Shown here: one piece after another, positions 1 through 12,460 of the stretch | Position numbering within the stretch: position 1 is the stretch's first letter | How the letters are laid out: every line of letters starts with the position of its first letter | Assembly (NCBI RefSeq): GCF_963921235.1 | Contig: NC_086107.1 | Location: 113,710,001 to 113,774,000, forward strand | Direction of reading: 5' to 3' | DNA length: 64,000 nucleotides | Source of the DNA: Mobula hypostoma | Lineage: Eukaryota | Translations under genes and position numbers: made by a program | The notes under the pieces: model-generated | The model's database searches: none | The model's input: the letters and a program-made list of their open reading frames with translations, nothing else | What the model was told of the DNA's origin: nothing

Positions 1-1290
1 GTTCGCGCAGTTTGTGTTTTTATTTTCCCTCTCTGCACATTGGCTGTTTGTTGGTCTTTTTTGCGTGGGTTTTTGTTCTGTGGCTGCCCTGTAAGGAGAC
101 GCATCTCAAGGTTGTATAATTTATACATACTCTGATAATAAATTGAAGTCTGAACTAGTGCTTTCCAGAAGGGAATTTCTGAAAAATCCACTTTGCTGGG
201 AGGATAATGTCTGCAGTGAGTTGTCCTGCCTGTCTCACTGCTGCTAGATTGAACAGTGGGTATGACGTGGGATTTGGAGAAAGTAACCACTTTCTGGTTG
301 CAAACTCACCCGTCAGCCCTCACCTTCACTCGCTCCCAAAATCTGCAGATCTGGCAACAAAGACCAGCTCCAGAACCAAGGACTGTACATGCCCCAGCCT
401 GTGAAGAGGAGCCCATTTAACAGCTTAATCTAACCAACTGGTTCGACCAGTTCTAAATCACACAAAACGCTGGAGGAACGCGAGGCCGCATCTATGAAGG
501 GAAATAAAGAGTCAATGTTTCGGGCCAAGAGCCTTTGCCAGGGCTGGTTTTTAATCAGTTGCACACGGGCAATGCAAAGTCAGCTGACATGGAGTGAATG
601 AATTACAGTAGAAAGTAGTGGGGGTAGCATAGGTTCAATGGGCAGAATGGTCTCTTCTATGTCATTAGGAAATTAACTTCTATTTCAAAAATATTCCTAT
701 CTTATAAAATTATGCACAGGAAATGCAATCGGTACACATCTTCCACTGCGAAGAGTGCAGAAAAGATTGCTTTGGATTTCCGGCATCTGCAGAATCTCTT
801 GTTTTTATGGTTTGCAACTCCTCTGCAAAGTCTCTTCGAGGGATAGCTACCCTGAAGAAGTTTAAATCTTCTCTTCAATTGGAGTTCAGTGAGACCCTCC
901 CCGTCTGTGATCTCTGCTGCCCTCTGACTCTTCGACCTTGAGACCTGGCTTCACCTATCACCTTCCAGCTTGCCTCTTTCCTCTCTTCCCACCTTTCTTT
1001 TATTCTGGCATCTTTCCCCCTTCCTTCTCAGGCTTGATGAAGGATCTCGGCCCAAAGCGTTGACTGTGGACTCTTTTCCATAGATGCTGCCTGACCTGCT
1101 GAGTTCCTCCAGCATTTTGTGTGTGTTGCTCTGGATTTCCAGCGTCTCACGTATAGAACTTTATTCCTTGGAGTGCATGGAGGGGCATAGATAGGGTTAA
1201 TGCACCTAGATTTTTCTCTCCAGGGTTGAGGAATCAAGAATCAGAGGGCACAGGTTGAAGGTGAGAGGGGAAAGGTTTAATAGGAACCTG

Positions 1291-1702
1291 ACTTACTTAC
1301 TGCCTGTTATGCAGCTGATGTTGAGGGCAACAATGAAGGTTGTCCATCTCTGACAGTGTTCAGGGCTTCCTTCATCGTGTCAGTAGCTTCCTCTCAGTTT
1401 TCACTACTGTCAGTCATGCGAATCCCAGGTGGAGACTTAGGAATGCTGTCCAGATGTAGAAGGATTCTTCGCTGTAACCGTTTTATTTTACATGCCAGGG
1501 TTGTTAGCCCTGAGCTGAACCCCTGAACCCAGAGGACTGGCAGACCACTCTTAGTCTGGCCTCTACCCTTTGACCTGTTTGCTGTGGGTGACCCCACCAA
1601 GAGCCAAAGCATAAAGCCCTGCCTCCAGCCAACATAGCTCTGTGGGTCTTTCAGGCACTTGGGCCTCCAAACCCTAGGACAAGGTCGTGTCCCTCTTGGA
1701 GG
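1291..1702 (-). mobile_element. RTE-derived bipartite non-autonomous element inserted in a CR1 fragment
   Basis: 12-bp TSD aataggaacctg (1279-1290 and 1703-1714), a (GTAA)n tail and an RTE-type 3' end. Paralogues lie at about 25617-25917 and 58587-59005. Confidence 0.7.
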
Positions 1703-2639
1703 AATAGGAACCTGGGGGAAAATGTGTCGGCAAGAGCAAGCCCACTACAGTCTGTAGTTGAACATAATTCAGCCTATCTTCCACTGAGCGAACACTGGAG
1801 ACCAGCACCGACGCCAGCACGGATGCTGCGCAACACCATCTCAGGTAGCCTCTCTCCTGCGCGGCTGCAAACTGCTGACCCCGTGGCCTGAGGCCTAGTT
1901 CTTGCTCCAGCCGAGGCCACGCAGCTTCCCTGCCATCAGCTCCCCCAATAAACCAGTGAAATGGACTTGCTGCATTCCACAACACCGCGGTCCTGCGATC
2001 ACAAGAAAAAGGACTAGGACAATCACTGCCTTTGCGCACCAACTCCAACACCTCTCTGTAGCAGGCAGCAATGCGGTCTGCAACAAGTTTGGCTCCTCCA
2101 CCTACAAGCAACTCACTGATGGGGTAGACATGCAGAACTTGTAGTCCTTAATTGAAAGGCTATGGATATACACTGTCCCAGTAGTAATATCTTCAAATGG
2201 TGTCATCCCAAAGGCACAACACAAAGCATTAAACAATTAGGCCGACACAGCAATATTATGTAAATCTTCAGAAAGCCGCAATGCCAAACACCACCAGAAG
2301 TTTCCAGCAATTGAGAAATGAGTGTGCTTGGCTGTGCCCCCACCTCAAGATTTACCAGATTGAGCTGAGAAAAAAATAAGAAGAACAATAATGAATAAAT
2401 AAGCAATAAATATCAAGAACATGAGATGAAGGGTATTTGGAAAGTGAGTCTGTCGGTTGTGGAAACAGTTCAGTGATGGGGTGGGTGAAGTTGAGTGAAG
2501 CTATCCCCTCTGGTTCAAGAGCCTGTTGGTTGAGGTGACACAGCTCATTTCAGAATCGGAATCACCAGCGTATCTGGTGAAATTTGTTAACATTAATACA
2601 TCGAGGTGGTAGAAGGGAGAAGCAATTTCTGAAAGCCAA

Positions 2640-3390
2640 ATGTAACGTGACAGTTACAGGGGGAGCATCTCAGGGACCCTTACAAAGGCAGACCCTTGGA
2701 TATATATTACAGCATGTAAATATAATTGCAAAGAAAGCACGGCAATGCCTCTATTTCCTTCGGAGTCTGTGGAGATTCAGCCCAACATCAAAAACGTTGA
2801 CAAACTTCTATAGTGGGAGTGTGATGGAAAGTGTACTAACTGGCTACATTACAGCCTGGTGTGAGAACACCAAGGCCTCTGAGCAGAAAATCTAACAAAA
2901 GATAGTGGATTTGGCCCAGTACATCATGGGTAAAGCCCTCCCAACTACTGGACACATCTACATGGAACGTTGCAGCATCCAGCATCAAAGATCCTCACCA
3001 CCCAGGCCATGCTCTCTTCTCGCTGCTACCATCAGGCAGAAGGTACAGGAGTCTCAGGACTCACACCACCAGGTTCAAGAACAGTTACTACCCCTCAAGC
3101 ATCAGCCTCTTGAACAAAAGAGGGTAATTAGACTCATCTATTGAGCTGTTCCCACAACTAATGATCTCACGTTAAGGACCATTTATCTTGCTATTTCACG
3201 CTCTCATTATTTATTGCTATTTATTTATATTTGCATTTCAACAGTCTGTTGTCTTCCATGCTCCACTTGCTCTTTTACTGATCCTGTTTACCGTTGTTAT
3301 TCTGTCGATTCGCCGAGTATGTCCACAGTAAAAAGAATCTTAGGGTTGCATGTGGTGGCATGCATGTACTCTGATAATAGATCTGACTTT
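2640..3390 (+). mobile_element. Rex1/Babar LINE 3' fragment (decayed)
   Basis: KKARQCLYFLRSLWRF...LTNFY...ESVLTGYITAW motif plus a 3' UTR shared with 15350-15955. Confidence 0.75.
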
Positions 3391-4362
3391 GTGGCCGGGA
3401 CTTGGAGAAGGTACTGGTGCAACAGTGACCTCTACAGGTCCAGCCCTGAGCTGCGCTGGGTGGAGGCTCTTGTGCAAAGACCAATGATTAGCTTTATTTC
3501 AATTCCAAGTTCAAGTTTGTCATCTGACTGTACAGATGTACAACCAAACGTTCCTCCAGGCCACGGTGCACCAGAAAATCATGTATCATACACAGAGCAC
3601 GTAAAACAAAATGTTACCACAAGTAAGTTAATAAAATATAATTCGTATATAGTCCATATCGCGGGCAGCACAGGTAAACAGTAAACAGCTCGCTGTCCTC
3701 GTGACAAGACCACGGTGGTGGCAGGGTATTCATTAGCCTCACAGCCTGAGGGAAGAAGCTGGTGCCCAGTCCGGCTGTCCCAGTCCTGATGCTCCTGTAC
3801 CTCCTTCCTGACAGTAGAGGGTCAAAGAGATTGTGGGGTGGGTGATAGGGATCCTGAACAATACTTCGGGCCCTTGGTCTACAATTCTGCTGGAAAATGC
3901 CATAAATAGCAGAGAAAGAGCGACCCGGTGATTCTTGTGGCTATTTTTGCTACCCTCTGTGGGGTTTTTGAGGTCCGATGCCCCAAAGCGTCTGTACCAC
4001 ACAGTGATGCAGCCAGACGGGACACTGTCAATGGTGCTCCTCCAGGAAGCTGTTAGAATAAAGTGGGGAGCATTACACTCTTCTGAAGGGGTAGATGCTG
4101 CTGTGCCTTCTTGACTAGTGAGGAGTGGTTCTGGATCCAGGTTAGATTGTCCATTGTGTGCACACCGAGGAATTTTGTGCTCTTTTTCTCTTCACTCTCT
4201 CCACAGTCAATTTTATTATCAGGGTACATACATATCACCACATACAACCCTGAGATTCATTTTCCTGTGGGCATACTCCGCAAATCTAGAGCATAGTAAC
4301 TATAACAGGATCAATGAAAGATCAAGTAGAGCATAGAAGACAACAAACTGTGCAAATGTAAA

Positions 4363-5330
4363 CATGAGGAATTCTGCGGACGCTGGAAATTCAAGCATCA
4401 CACATAAAAGTTGCCGGTGAACGCAGCAGACCAGGCAGCATCTCGAGGAAGAGGTACAGTCGACGTTTCGGGCCGTGACCCTTCGTCAGGACTAACTGAA
4501 GGAAGAGCTAGTAAGAGATTTGAAAGTGGGAGGGGGAGGGGGAGATCCAAAATGATAGGAGAAGACAGGAGGGGGAGGGATGGAGCCAAGAGCTGGACAG
4601 GTGATTGGCAAAAGGGATATGAGAGGATCATGGGACAGGAGGCCCAGGGAGAAGGAAAAGGGGGAGGATGGGCAAGGGGTATAGTCAGAGGGACAGAGGG
4701 AGAAAAAGGAGAGAGAGCGAAAGAGAGAGAAAGAATGTGTGTATATAAATAAATAACGGATGGGGTACGAGGGGGAGGTGGGGCATTAGCAGAAGTTAGA
4801 GAAGTCAATGTTCATGTCATCAGGTTGGAGGCTACCCAGACGGAATATAAGGTTTTGTTCCTCCAGCCTGAGTGTGGCTTCATCTTTACAGTAGAGGAGG
4901 CCATGGATAGACATATCAGAATGGGAATGGGACGTGGAATTAAAATGTGTGGGAGATCCTGCTTTCTCTGGCGGACAGAGCGTAGGTGTTCAGTAAAATG
5001 ATCTGCCAGTCTGCGTCGGGTCTCACTAATATATAGAAGGCCACATTGGGAGCACCGGACGCAATATATCACCCCAGCCGACTCACAGGTGAAGTGTCGC
5101 CTCACCTGGAAGGACTGTCTGGGGCCCTGAATGGTAGTAAGGGAGGAAGTGTAAGGGCATGTGTAGCACTTGTTCCACTTACAAAGATAAGTGCCAGGAG
5201 GGAGATCCGTGGGGAGGGATGGGGAGGGACGAATGGACAAGGGAGTCGCGTAGGGAGCGATCCCTGTGGAAAGCGGGGGGGGGGGAGGGAAAATGTGCTT
5301 AGTGGTGGGATCCCGTTGGAGGTGGCAAAT
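4363..5330 (-). mobile_element. Penelope-like element, 5'-truncated (GIY-YIG endonuclease remnant plus pLTR)
   Basis: FTCESAGVIYCVRCSQCGLLYISETRRRLADHF motif, with a small deletion causing a frameshift; the terminal repeat carries a hammerhead motif. Confidence 0.85.
4458..4493 (-). ncRNA. Minimal type I hammerhead ribozyme motif in a Penelope-like pLTR
   Basis: The minus strand reads AGUC-CUGACGA-A-GGG(ucacgg)CCC-GAAA-CG-UC-GACU: intact core, stem I AGUC/GACU and stem II GGG/CCC. Confidence 0.75.
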
Positions 5331-5691
5331 CCCACTATTCAGGACACTTACAGAGACAGGTGCGTAAAAAGGGCCTGAAGGATCATTGGGGACCCGAGTC
5401 ACCCCAACCACAAACTGTTCCAGCTGCTACCATCCGGGAAACGGTACCGCAGAGTTAAAGCCAGAACCAGCAGGCTCCGGGACAGCTTCTCGCACCAGGC
5501 CATCAGACTGTTTAATTCACACTGACACAATTGTATTTCTAAGCTATATTGACTGTTCTGTTGTATATCTTACTGTACATACTATTTATTACAAATTACT
5601 GTAATTTGCACATTCAGACGGAGACGCAACGTAAAGATTTTTACCGCTCATGTATGTGAAGGATGTAAGAAATAAAGTCAATTCAATTCAA
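5330..5691 (+). mobile_element. Rex1/Babar LINE 3' end with (TTCAA)n tail
   Basis: PTIQDTYRDRCVKRA and DPSHP motifs, followed by aataaa and an attca-type repeat. Confidence 0.65.
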
Positions 5692-5699
5692 ACATAAAT

Positions 5700-8600
5700 A
5701 TAAATAAATAGCAATAAATAACAAGACCATAAAATAGCAAGATAAAGGGTCCTTCATTGGTTGTGAGAATATCCCAATAAATGAGTGTGGTTATCCTGTT
5801 TAGTAACTGTCCCTGAAGCTGCTGGTGCAAGTCCTGAGGCTCTTGGACCTTCTACCTCAAGGCAGCAGCGAGGAAAGAGCATGGCCTGGGTGGTGGGGGT
5901 CCCTGATGATGTATTCTGCTTTCCTATGACAGCGTTTCATGTAGATGTGCTCAGTGGTTGTGAGGGCTTTACCTGTGATGTACTGGGCTAAATCCACTAC
6001 ATTTTGTAGGTTTTCTATTCAAAGGCATTGGCGTTCCCATACCAGGCCATGATGCAGCCAGTCAGTACACTCTACACTACACACCTATAAAAGATTGTCA
6101 AAGTTTTTCATATCCTGCTAGATATCTGTAGACTCCTGAGGAAGTAGAGGCACTAGCATGCTTTCTTTGCAATCCAATTTATGTGTTGGGTCCAGTACAG
6201 GTCACCTGAGACAGTAACACCCAGGAATTTAACGTTACTGGCCCCCTCCACCCCTGATCCTCCGATGATTACTGGCTGATGCGCCTCTGGTTTCCCTCTC
6301 CTGAAGTGTACAATCAGTTCTTTTGTCTTGCTGACCCTAAGCGAGAGGTTGTTGTTATGACAACACTTGGCTAAATTTGTAATCTCCTTCCTGTGTGCTG
6401 GTTCATCACCGCCTTTGACACAGTGCACGGCAGTGGTGACATCTGCAAACCTGTATACGGTGTTGGAGCTGTGCTTAGCCGCACAGTCATAGGTGTAAAG
6501 CGAGTAGAGCGGGGGGCAAAGTACTCATCCCTGTGGTGCTCCTGTTCTGATGGAGATCATGGAGGAGATGCTGTTGTCAATCTGAACTGACTGGGGTCTG
6601 CAACTGAGGAAATCCAGGATCCAGTTGCACAAGGAGGTATTGAGGCCCAGGTCTTGGAGTTTATTGATTAGTTTGGAGAGGATGATGGTATTAAAGGCTG
6701 AGTTGTAATCGATAAAGAGCATCCTGATGTATGTATCTTTGCTGTGCAGATGTTCCAGGGTTGTGTGAAGAGCCAATGAGATGACACCTGCTGAGGGCTT
6801 GTTTCTGCAAGTCGTCACTCAGACAGGAACTGATGTGTTTCATCACCAACCGCTCAAAACGCGTCATCACTGTGGTTATAAGTGCAACTAGGTGATAGTC
6901 TTTGAGACAGGTCAGCACGCTGCTCTTGGGCACCGGCGTGATTGAAGCCTGCTTGAAGCAGGTGGGCACCACGTACAGCCCGTACAGCCGAAGCGAGAGG
7001 TTGAAAGTATCTGTGAGCACAGCTGGTCAGCACAGATCTTTAGAACCCTGTCCAGACCAGATGCTTTCTTTAGGTTCACCCTCCTGCAGGCAGCCCATAT
7101 GGCAACATCAGATACTGAGACTGAAGGGTCATCAGCTGATGTCGGGGTTTGCCATGGTTCCTCTATGTTCTGACAGTCGAAACGAGCGTAGAAGGCAGTG
7201 AGGTCATCTGGAAGTGAAGCCCTGCTGTCTCCCGTCTCACTTTATATAACTTTGTAGGAGGTTATGGCATTCAAACCACGCCACAGCTGAAGTGTTTCGA
7301 GAGGCTCGTCATGAGGCACTTCAAGACCCTGCTGCCCCCCTCACTGGACCCCCTGTAGTTCGCGTACCGTCCTAACCGTTCAACAGAGGATGCCATTGCC
7401 ATCGCCCTCCACCTGGTCCTAACCCACCTGGACAAAAAAGAATCATACGTTCGAATGCTGTTCGTAGACTTCAGTTCAGCATTCACCACAATCGTTCCTC
7501 AGGAACTGATTGGAAAGCTGAAACTGCCGGGCCTGAACACCTCCCTCTGCAACCGGATCCTAGACTTCCTGACTGGAAGACCTCAGTCAGTCCGGATTGG
7601 AAGCAGCATCTCCAACACCGTCACTCTGAGCACGGGGGCCCCCCAGGGCTGTGTGCTCAGTCCACTGCTGTTCACTCTGCTGACCCACGACTGTGCTGCA
7701 ACACACAGCTCGAACCACATCATCAAGTTCGCTGATGACACGACCCTGGTGGGTCTCATCAGCAAGAAAGATGAGTCAGCATACAGAGAGGAGGTGCAGC
7801 GGCTAACGGACTGGTGCAGAGCCAACAACCTGTCTGAAGAGCGACCACTCTCTGTTGAATATTGATGACTCCGCCATAGAGATCATTAAGAGCGCCAAAT
7901 TTCTTGGTGTTCACCTGGTGGAGAATCTCACCTGGTCCCTCAACACCAGCTCCATAGCAAAGAAAGCCCAGCAGCGTCTCTACTTTCTGTGAAGGCTGAG
8001 AAAAGTCCATCTCCCACCCCCCATCGTCACCACATTCTACAGGGGTTGTATTGAGAGCATCCTGAGCAGCTGCATCACTGTCTGGTTCGGGAATTGCACC
8101 ATCTCGGATCGCAAGACCCTGCAGCAGATAGAGAGGTCAGCTGAGAAGATCATCGGGGTCTCTCTTCCCGCCATTACAGACATTTACACCACACGCTGCA
8201 TCCGTAAAGCAGACAGCATTATGAAGGACCCCATGCACCCCTCATACAAACTCTTCTCCCTCCTGCCATCTGGCAAAAGGCATCAAAGCATTCGGGCTCT
8301 CACGACCAGACTATGTAACAGTTTCTTCCCCCAAGCCATCAGACTCCTCAATACCCAGAGCCTGGACTGACACCAACCTACTGCCCTCTACTGTGTCTAT
8401 TGTCTTGTTTATTATTTATTGTAATGCCTGCACTGTTTTGTGCACTTTATGCAGTCCTGGGTAGGTCTGTAGTCTAGTGTAGTTTTTGTATTGTTCATGT
8501 AGCACCATGGTCCTGAAAAACGTTGTCCCGTTTTTACTGTGTACTGTACCAGCAGTTATGGTCAAAATGACAATAAAAGGTGACTTGACTTGAAATCTCC

Positions 8601-9490
8601 TCCTCACCCGTGAGATGGCTTTCTTGATCTCCAGACTTGAATGCCTCTGATCCGGCCCTCAGCAGATTTTGGATTTCACAGTTCATCCTGGGCTTCTGAT
8701 TGGGGAAGACGCTGAGCGGTTTCATGGGGACACACTCATCTACAGCTGTTTGAACAAAATCTGCAATCAGTGCTTCAACGTGGCTCAGTCCACTGACTGA
8801 AGGCAATCCTGTGACCATTCCTCTCCCTCCTGCAATCACCTCGAGTTGTCTTGATCTCTGAAGCCTTGCTCTTTAGATTCCGTCTGTATGCAGGTAGTAG
8901 GAGTACAGCCAAGTGGTCCAATTTACCAAAGCGTGGTCTAGGCAAAGAGTGATAGACAGTCCCAATCGTAGTATAGTAGTGGTCCAGTGCAGTGGCACCT
9001 CTGCTACTGTAGCTTTTACACTGGTAATAATTGGGCCAATCAGGCCTGCGTGAAGTCTCTGTATAATCTGAAATGCGTCGGGATGGGTTGTTTCTTGTCT
9101 ACGGATGTGGTTTCATGAGCGTTTGGTTATAGTCAGGCGCTGGTGGTACGTAAACCGTGGTCATCATCATAGATGCGAACTCCTGAGGCAGATAGAGTGG
9201 CCTGCATTTGATTGGTAGGTGTTCCACATTAGGGGAACATGAGCTCAACGTAACCACCACTTCAGAACACCAACGAGAATTAATCAAAACACACACACCA
9301 CAATCCTCACCCGGGACTGCAGTCCGAACCATCCGAAAAACCGTATATCCTTCTGGACTGGCTGTTGCATCTGGCATATCCGCAGATGACTAAAGTCTTG
9401 GTCCAGCAAACAATTGAGATCTGCCTCAGCTGCCTCTGATACAGCAGCTTCACCCTCAGATCATCAGTTTTAATTATCCGGCATCTGCAC
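5700..9490 (-). mobile_element. Old Rex1/Babar LINE (endonuclease and RT remnants), interrupted by a younger copy at 7273-8592
   Basis: APE remnant (CSPNVEHLPIKCRPLYLPQEF...VYVPP) and RT motifs [23 protein letters not shown] and TGAPQG, with many stops and frameshifts. Confidence 0.8.
7273..8592 (+). mobile_element. Younger 5'-truncated Rex1/Babar LINE (RT and 3' UTR)
   Basis: [10 protein letters not shown]...[15 protein letters not shown]...IIKFADDTT motifs, a small internal deletion near 7835, and a (TTGAC)n tail. Confidence 0.85.
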
Positions 9491-9566
9491 ATTCAACACC
9501 GAGATGCTGGGTAGAGGAGGTCTCATCCCTTTGTGTTTTTCAGCCAGTGCAATGGAGAGTGGTCGA

Positions 9567-9869
9567 CCGTTCGTCTTGCAAGACCATGGATCTGCGCCTG
9601 GAAAGTCTTCACTCTCCAGGGCACAGGCCTGGGCAAGGTTGTATGGAAGACCAGCAGTTGCCCATGCTGCAAGTCTCCCCTCTCCACGACACCGATGTTG
9701 TCCAAGGGAAGGGCATTAGGACCCATACAGCTTGACACCAGTGTCGTTGCAGAGCAATGTGTGATTAAGTGCCTTGCTCAAGGACACAACACGTTGCCTC
9801 GGCTGGGGCTCGAACTCACGACCTTCAAGTCGCTAGTCCAATGCCTTAACCACTTGGCCACGTGCCCAC
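9567..9869 (-). mobile_element. tRNA-derived CORE-like SINE with RTE-type tail (copy 1)
   Basis: A box TGGCCAAGTGG, B box GAGTTCGAGCC and CORE-like GTGTCCTTGAGCAAGGCACTTAA; near-identical to the other two copies. Confidence 0.85.
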
Positions 9870-9965
9870 AGTCATCTTTTTTATGTTGTTCGTGTAGAAA
9901 CTCAGGTTGTTCCGGCTCTGTATGAAAAACCTTTCTGTATGATGACTCATCGCTCTGACTGGGAG

Positions 9966-10005
9966 CATCATCATCATCATCATCATCTTCATCATCTTCA
10001 TCATC

Positions 10006-10036
<31 letters not shown>

Positions 10037-10041
10037 CCATC
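9966..10041. repeat. (CAT)n/(CTT) microsatellite
   Basis: Directly visible in the sequence; it produces the spurious poly-D and poly-M ORFs. Confidence 0.95.
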
Positions 10042-11819
10042 AGTGAACTTGATGATGTGGTTTGAACTGTGGTCGTGAAGGATGCCATCCACCCTGCTGA
10101 TGGGCTGTTTGTCCCATTTCCTTCAGGGTGGAGGTTACGTAGCAGCCACACCAAAACCACGAGACTCAAAAACACTTTCCCCAAGCAGTGAGGCTGATCA
10201 ACACCTCCACCCACTAACCCACCCCTCCACACCCCCAACAACCACTGCTTTAGTATTTCCTGTCAGTCACCTTATGTATAGAACTCCAGAGCCTAATGTC
10301 ACTTTATGGACATACGATCAATCAATGTATAGAAGCTACCTTATACATATATGTATTTATTGTGTTTTTTTAATTATAGTTTTCTTTATCTTTTGTGGGA
10401 TTTTTTTTGAGCTGGATCCAATCCAGAGTAACAATTATTTCGTTCTCCTTTGCACTTGCATACGGGAAATGACAATTTTGACTCTTAAATCATGAATCTC
10501 GAACATCAAAATATTGAAACATACAGTGAAGTGCGTTGTTTGCGTCAACGACCAGCACAATCTGAGACGTGCTGGGGGCAGCTGGCAATTGTCGCCAGGT
10601 TTCGGCGCCAACATAGCATATGCACAACTCCATAAACTTAACCCGCACGTCATTGGAATGTGGGAGGAAACCAGGGCACCCTGGGGAAACCCACGGGATT
10701 ACAGGGAAGACATGCAAGCTCCTTGTAGACTGCGTCAGGAATTGAACCCCGATTACTGGTGCTGTGAATTGTCTCTCTGGCCACTGCATTACCCTGCCAC
10801 CTACCTGTAGTCTCTTGTGTCTGCAGTAACTCTGCGACTGGTAGGCCCCGCTTTTAAGGTAAAATCTTACTCCAGAATTTAACTGAATTTCATTTAATCC
10901 AGCCCTGTTTCACAACCTCCCTCTCTTCCATATGTGAGCGATATTCCCCCGGTCACTCGCTGTACAATGTTAATGCACAACTCTGCAATATTTCAATTAC
11001 ATTACAGGTGGTCAAATATTATTTCTGTAATTAGAGTGGGGCCTACATTTTATTTTGATTTATTTAATTACTTATTTAGAAATGCAGCGAGGAACAAACC
11101 CTTCAACAGACAGACCGCCCCAGCAATGCACTGATTTTAACCTTGGGACCGTTTACAGTAAGTAGTTAAGCTACTAACTGGTACATCTTTGAACTGTGGG
11201 GGGATCCCAGCGGAAATCCAGGTACAGACACATGGAAGGAGCATACAGACTTGCTTACAGAGCACGGCGGAATTGAACTCCAAACTCCGACACCCTGAGC
11301 TGTAACAGCGTCGCGCTAACCTCGATGCTACCGTGGTGCCCCGAAGAAAGTGAAGAAATTACTTTATAACCTTCCCTGCACCTGGTCTCTGTTGTTGACC
11401 CAAGTAAGACTCAAGGCTTGTGTATGGAGCAAACCATAAAGGCAAGATGCTGGTCACAAAATACTGCGGGAGCTCTGCAGGGCAAGACGGTAGTATTGTA
11501 GATCACTGCAGAACAGCACAGCTCAGTACAGGCCCTTGGGCCCATAATGTTGTGCTGACCTTTCAGCCTACCGTAAGATCAATCTAACCCTTCCCTCCTA
11601 CATAGCTTTCTTAAAGCTTCCTAGGACAATAATCGCAGGAAGATTCAGAAATCTGCACAGGTGAGGCTAGCATTCATTCTCCAAACTCATCTCCTTCTCT
11701 CGAAATGGCCTCCCCTATGTTGGCAAGACCAAACACAGGTGAGGTGACCATTTTGCCAAAAACCTGTGCTCCGTCTGCCATGGTCATCTGGAATTCCCAG
11801 CTACCGGCCATTTTTTCTT

Positions 11820-12460
11820 TAGATTATTTAGATTATGAGGACATGCAGTCCTCTTTTATTGTCATTTAGTAATGCATGCATTAAGAAATGATACAATGTT
11901 CCTCCAGTGTGATATCACAGAAACACAAGACAGACCAAGATTGAAAAACTGACAAAAACCACATAATTATAACATATTGTAGCAATAGTGCAAGCAATAC
12001 CGTAACTTGATGAAGAACAGGCCATGGGCACAGTAAAAAAAAGTTCAAAGTCTCTCGAAAGTCCCATCATCTCACGCAGACGGGAGAAGGAAGAAAACTC
12101 TCCTCCTGCCACCCGACCACAGTCCGACTCTGAGTCGTCCGAAAACTTCGAGCCTCTGACCAGCCCTCCAACACCGAGCACCAAGCACCATCTCTGCCGA
12201 GCGCTTCGACCCCGGCCCCGGCCGCCAGCAACAGGAAAAGCCGAGGATTTGGGGCCTTCCCTCTGGAGTTTCTCGATCGCACAGTAGCAGCGGCAGTGAA
12301 CTGGGCATTTCAGAAGTTTCTTCCAGGTGTTCCTCCGTGCTTCTCACGTTTGGCTCTGTCAAATCAGAATTGTGCACGGCCCCCTATTTAACAAATGCGA
12401 AATCATTTCACCGGAGAGGCCGCGCGCGCTGCGTCGCGCCGCCATCTTCTCCTCCCGCCG
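11820..12460 (-). mobile_element. LINE-derived non-autonomous element (GGAGAAGATGGCGGC head, 3' stem-loop, (TAATC)n tail)
   Basis: Paralogues at about 14474-15070 (+), 49572-50193 (+) and 56355-56519 (+, tail only); this copy is inserted in an old GIY-YIG remnant. Confidence 0.7.

Noticed and set aside
9778..10241. Poly-Asp and poly-Met ORFs
   Set aside because: They are translations of a (GAT)n microsatellite flanked by repeat fragments.
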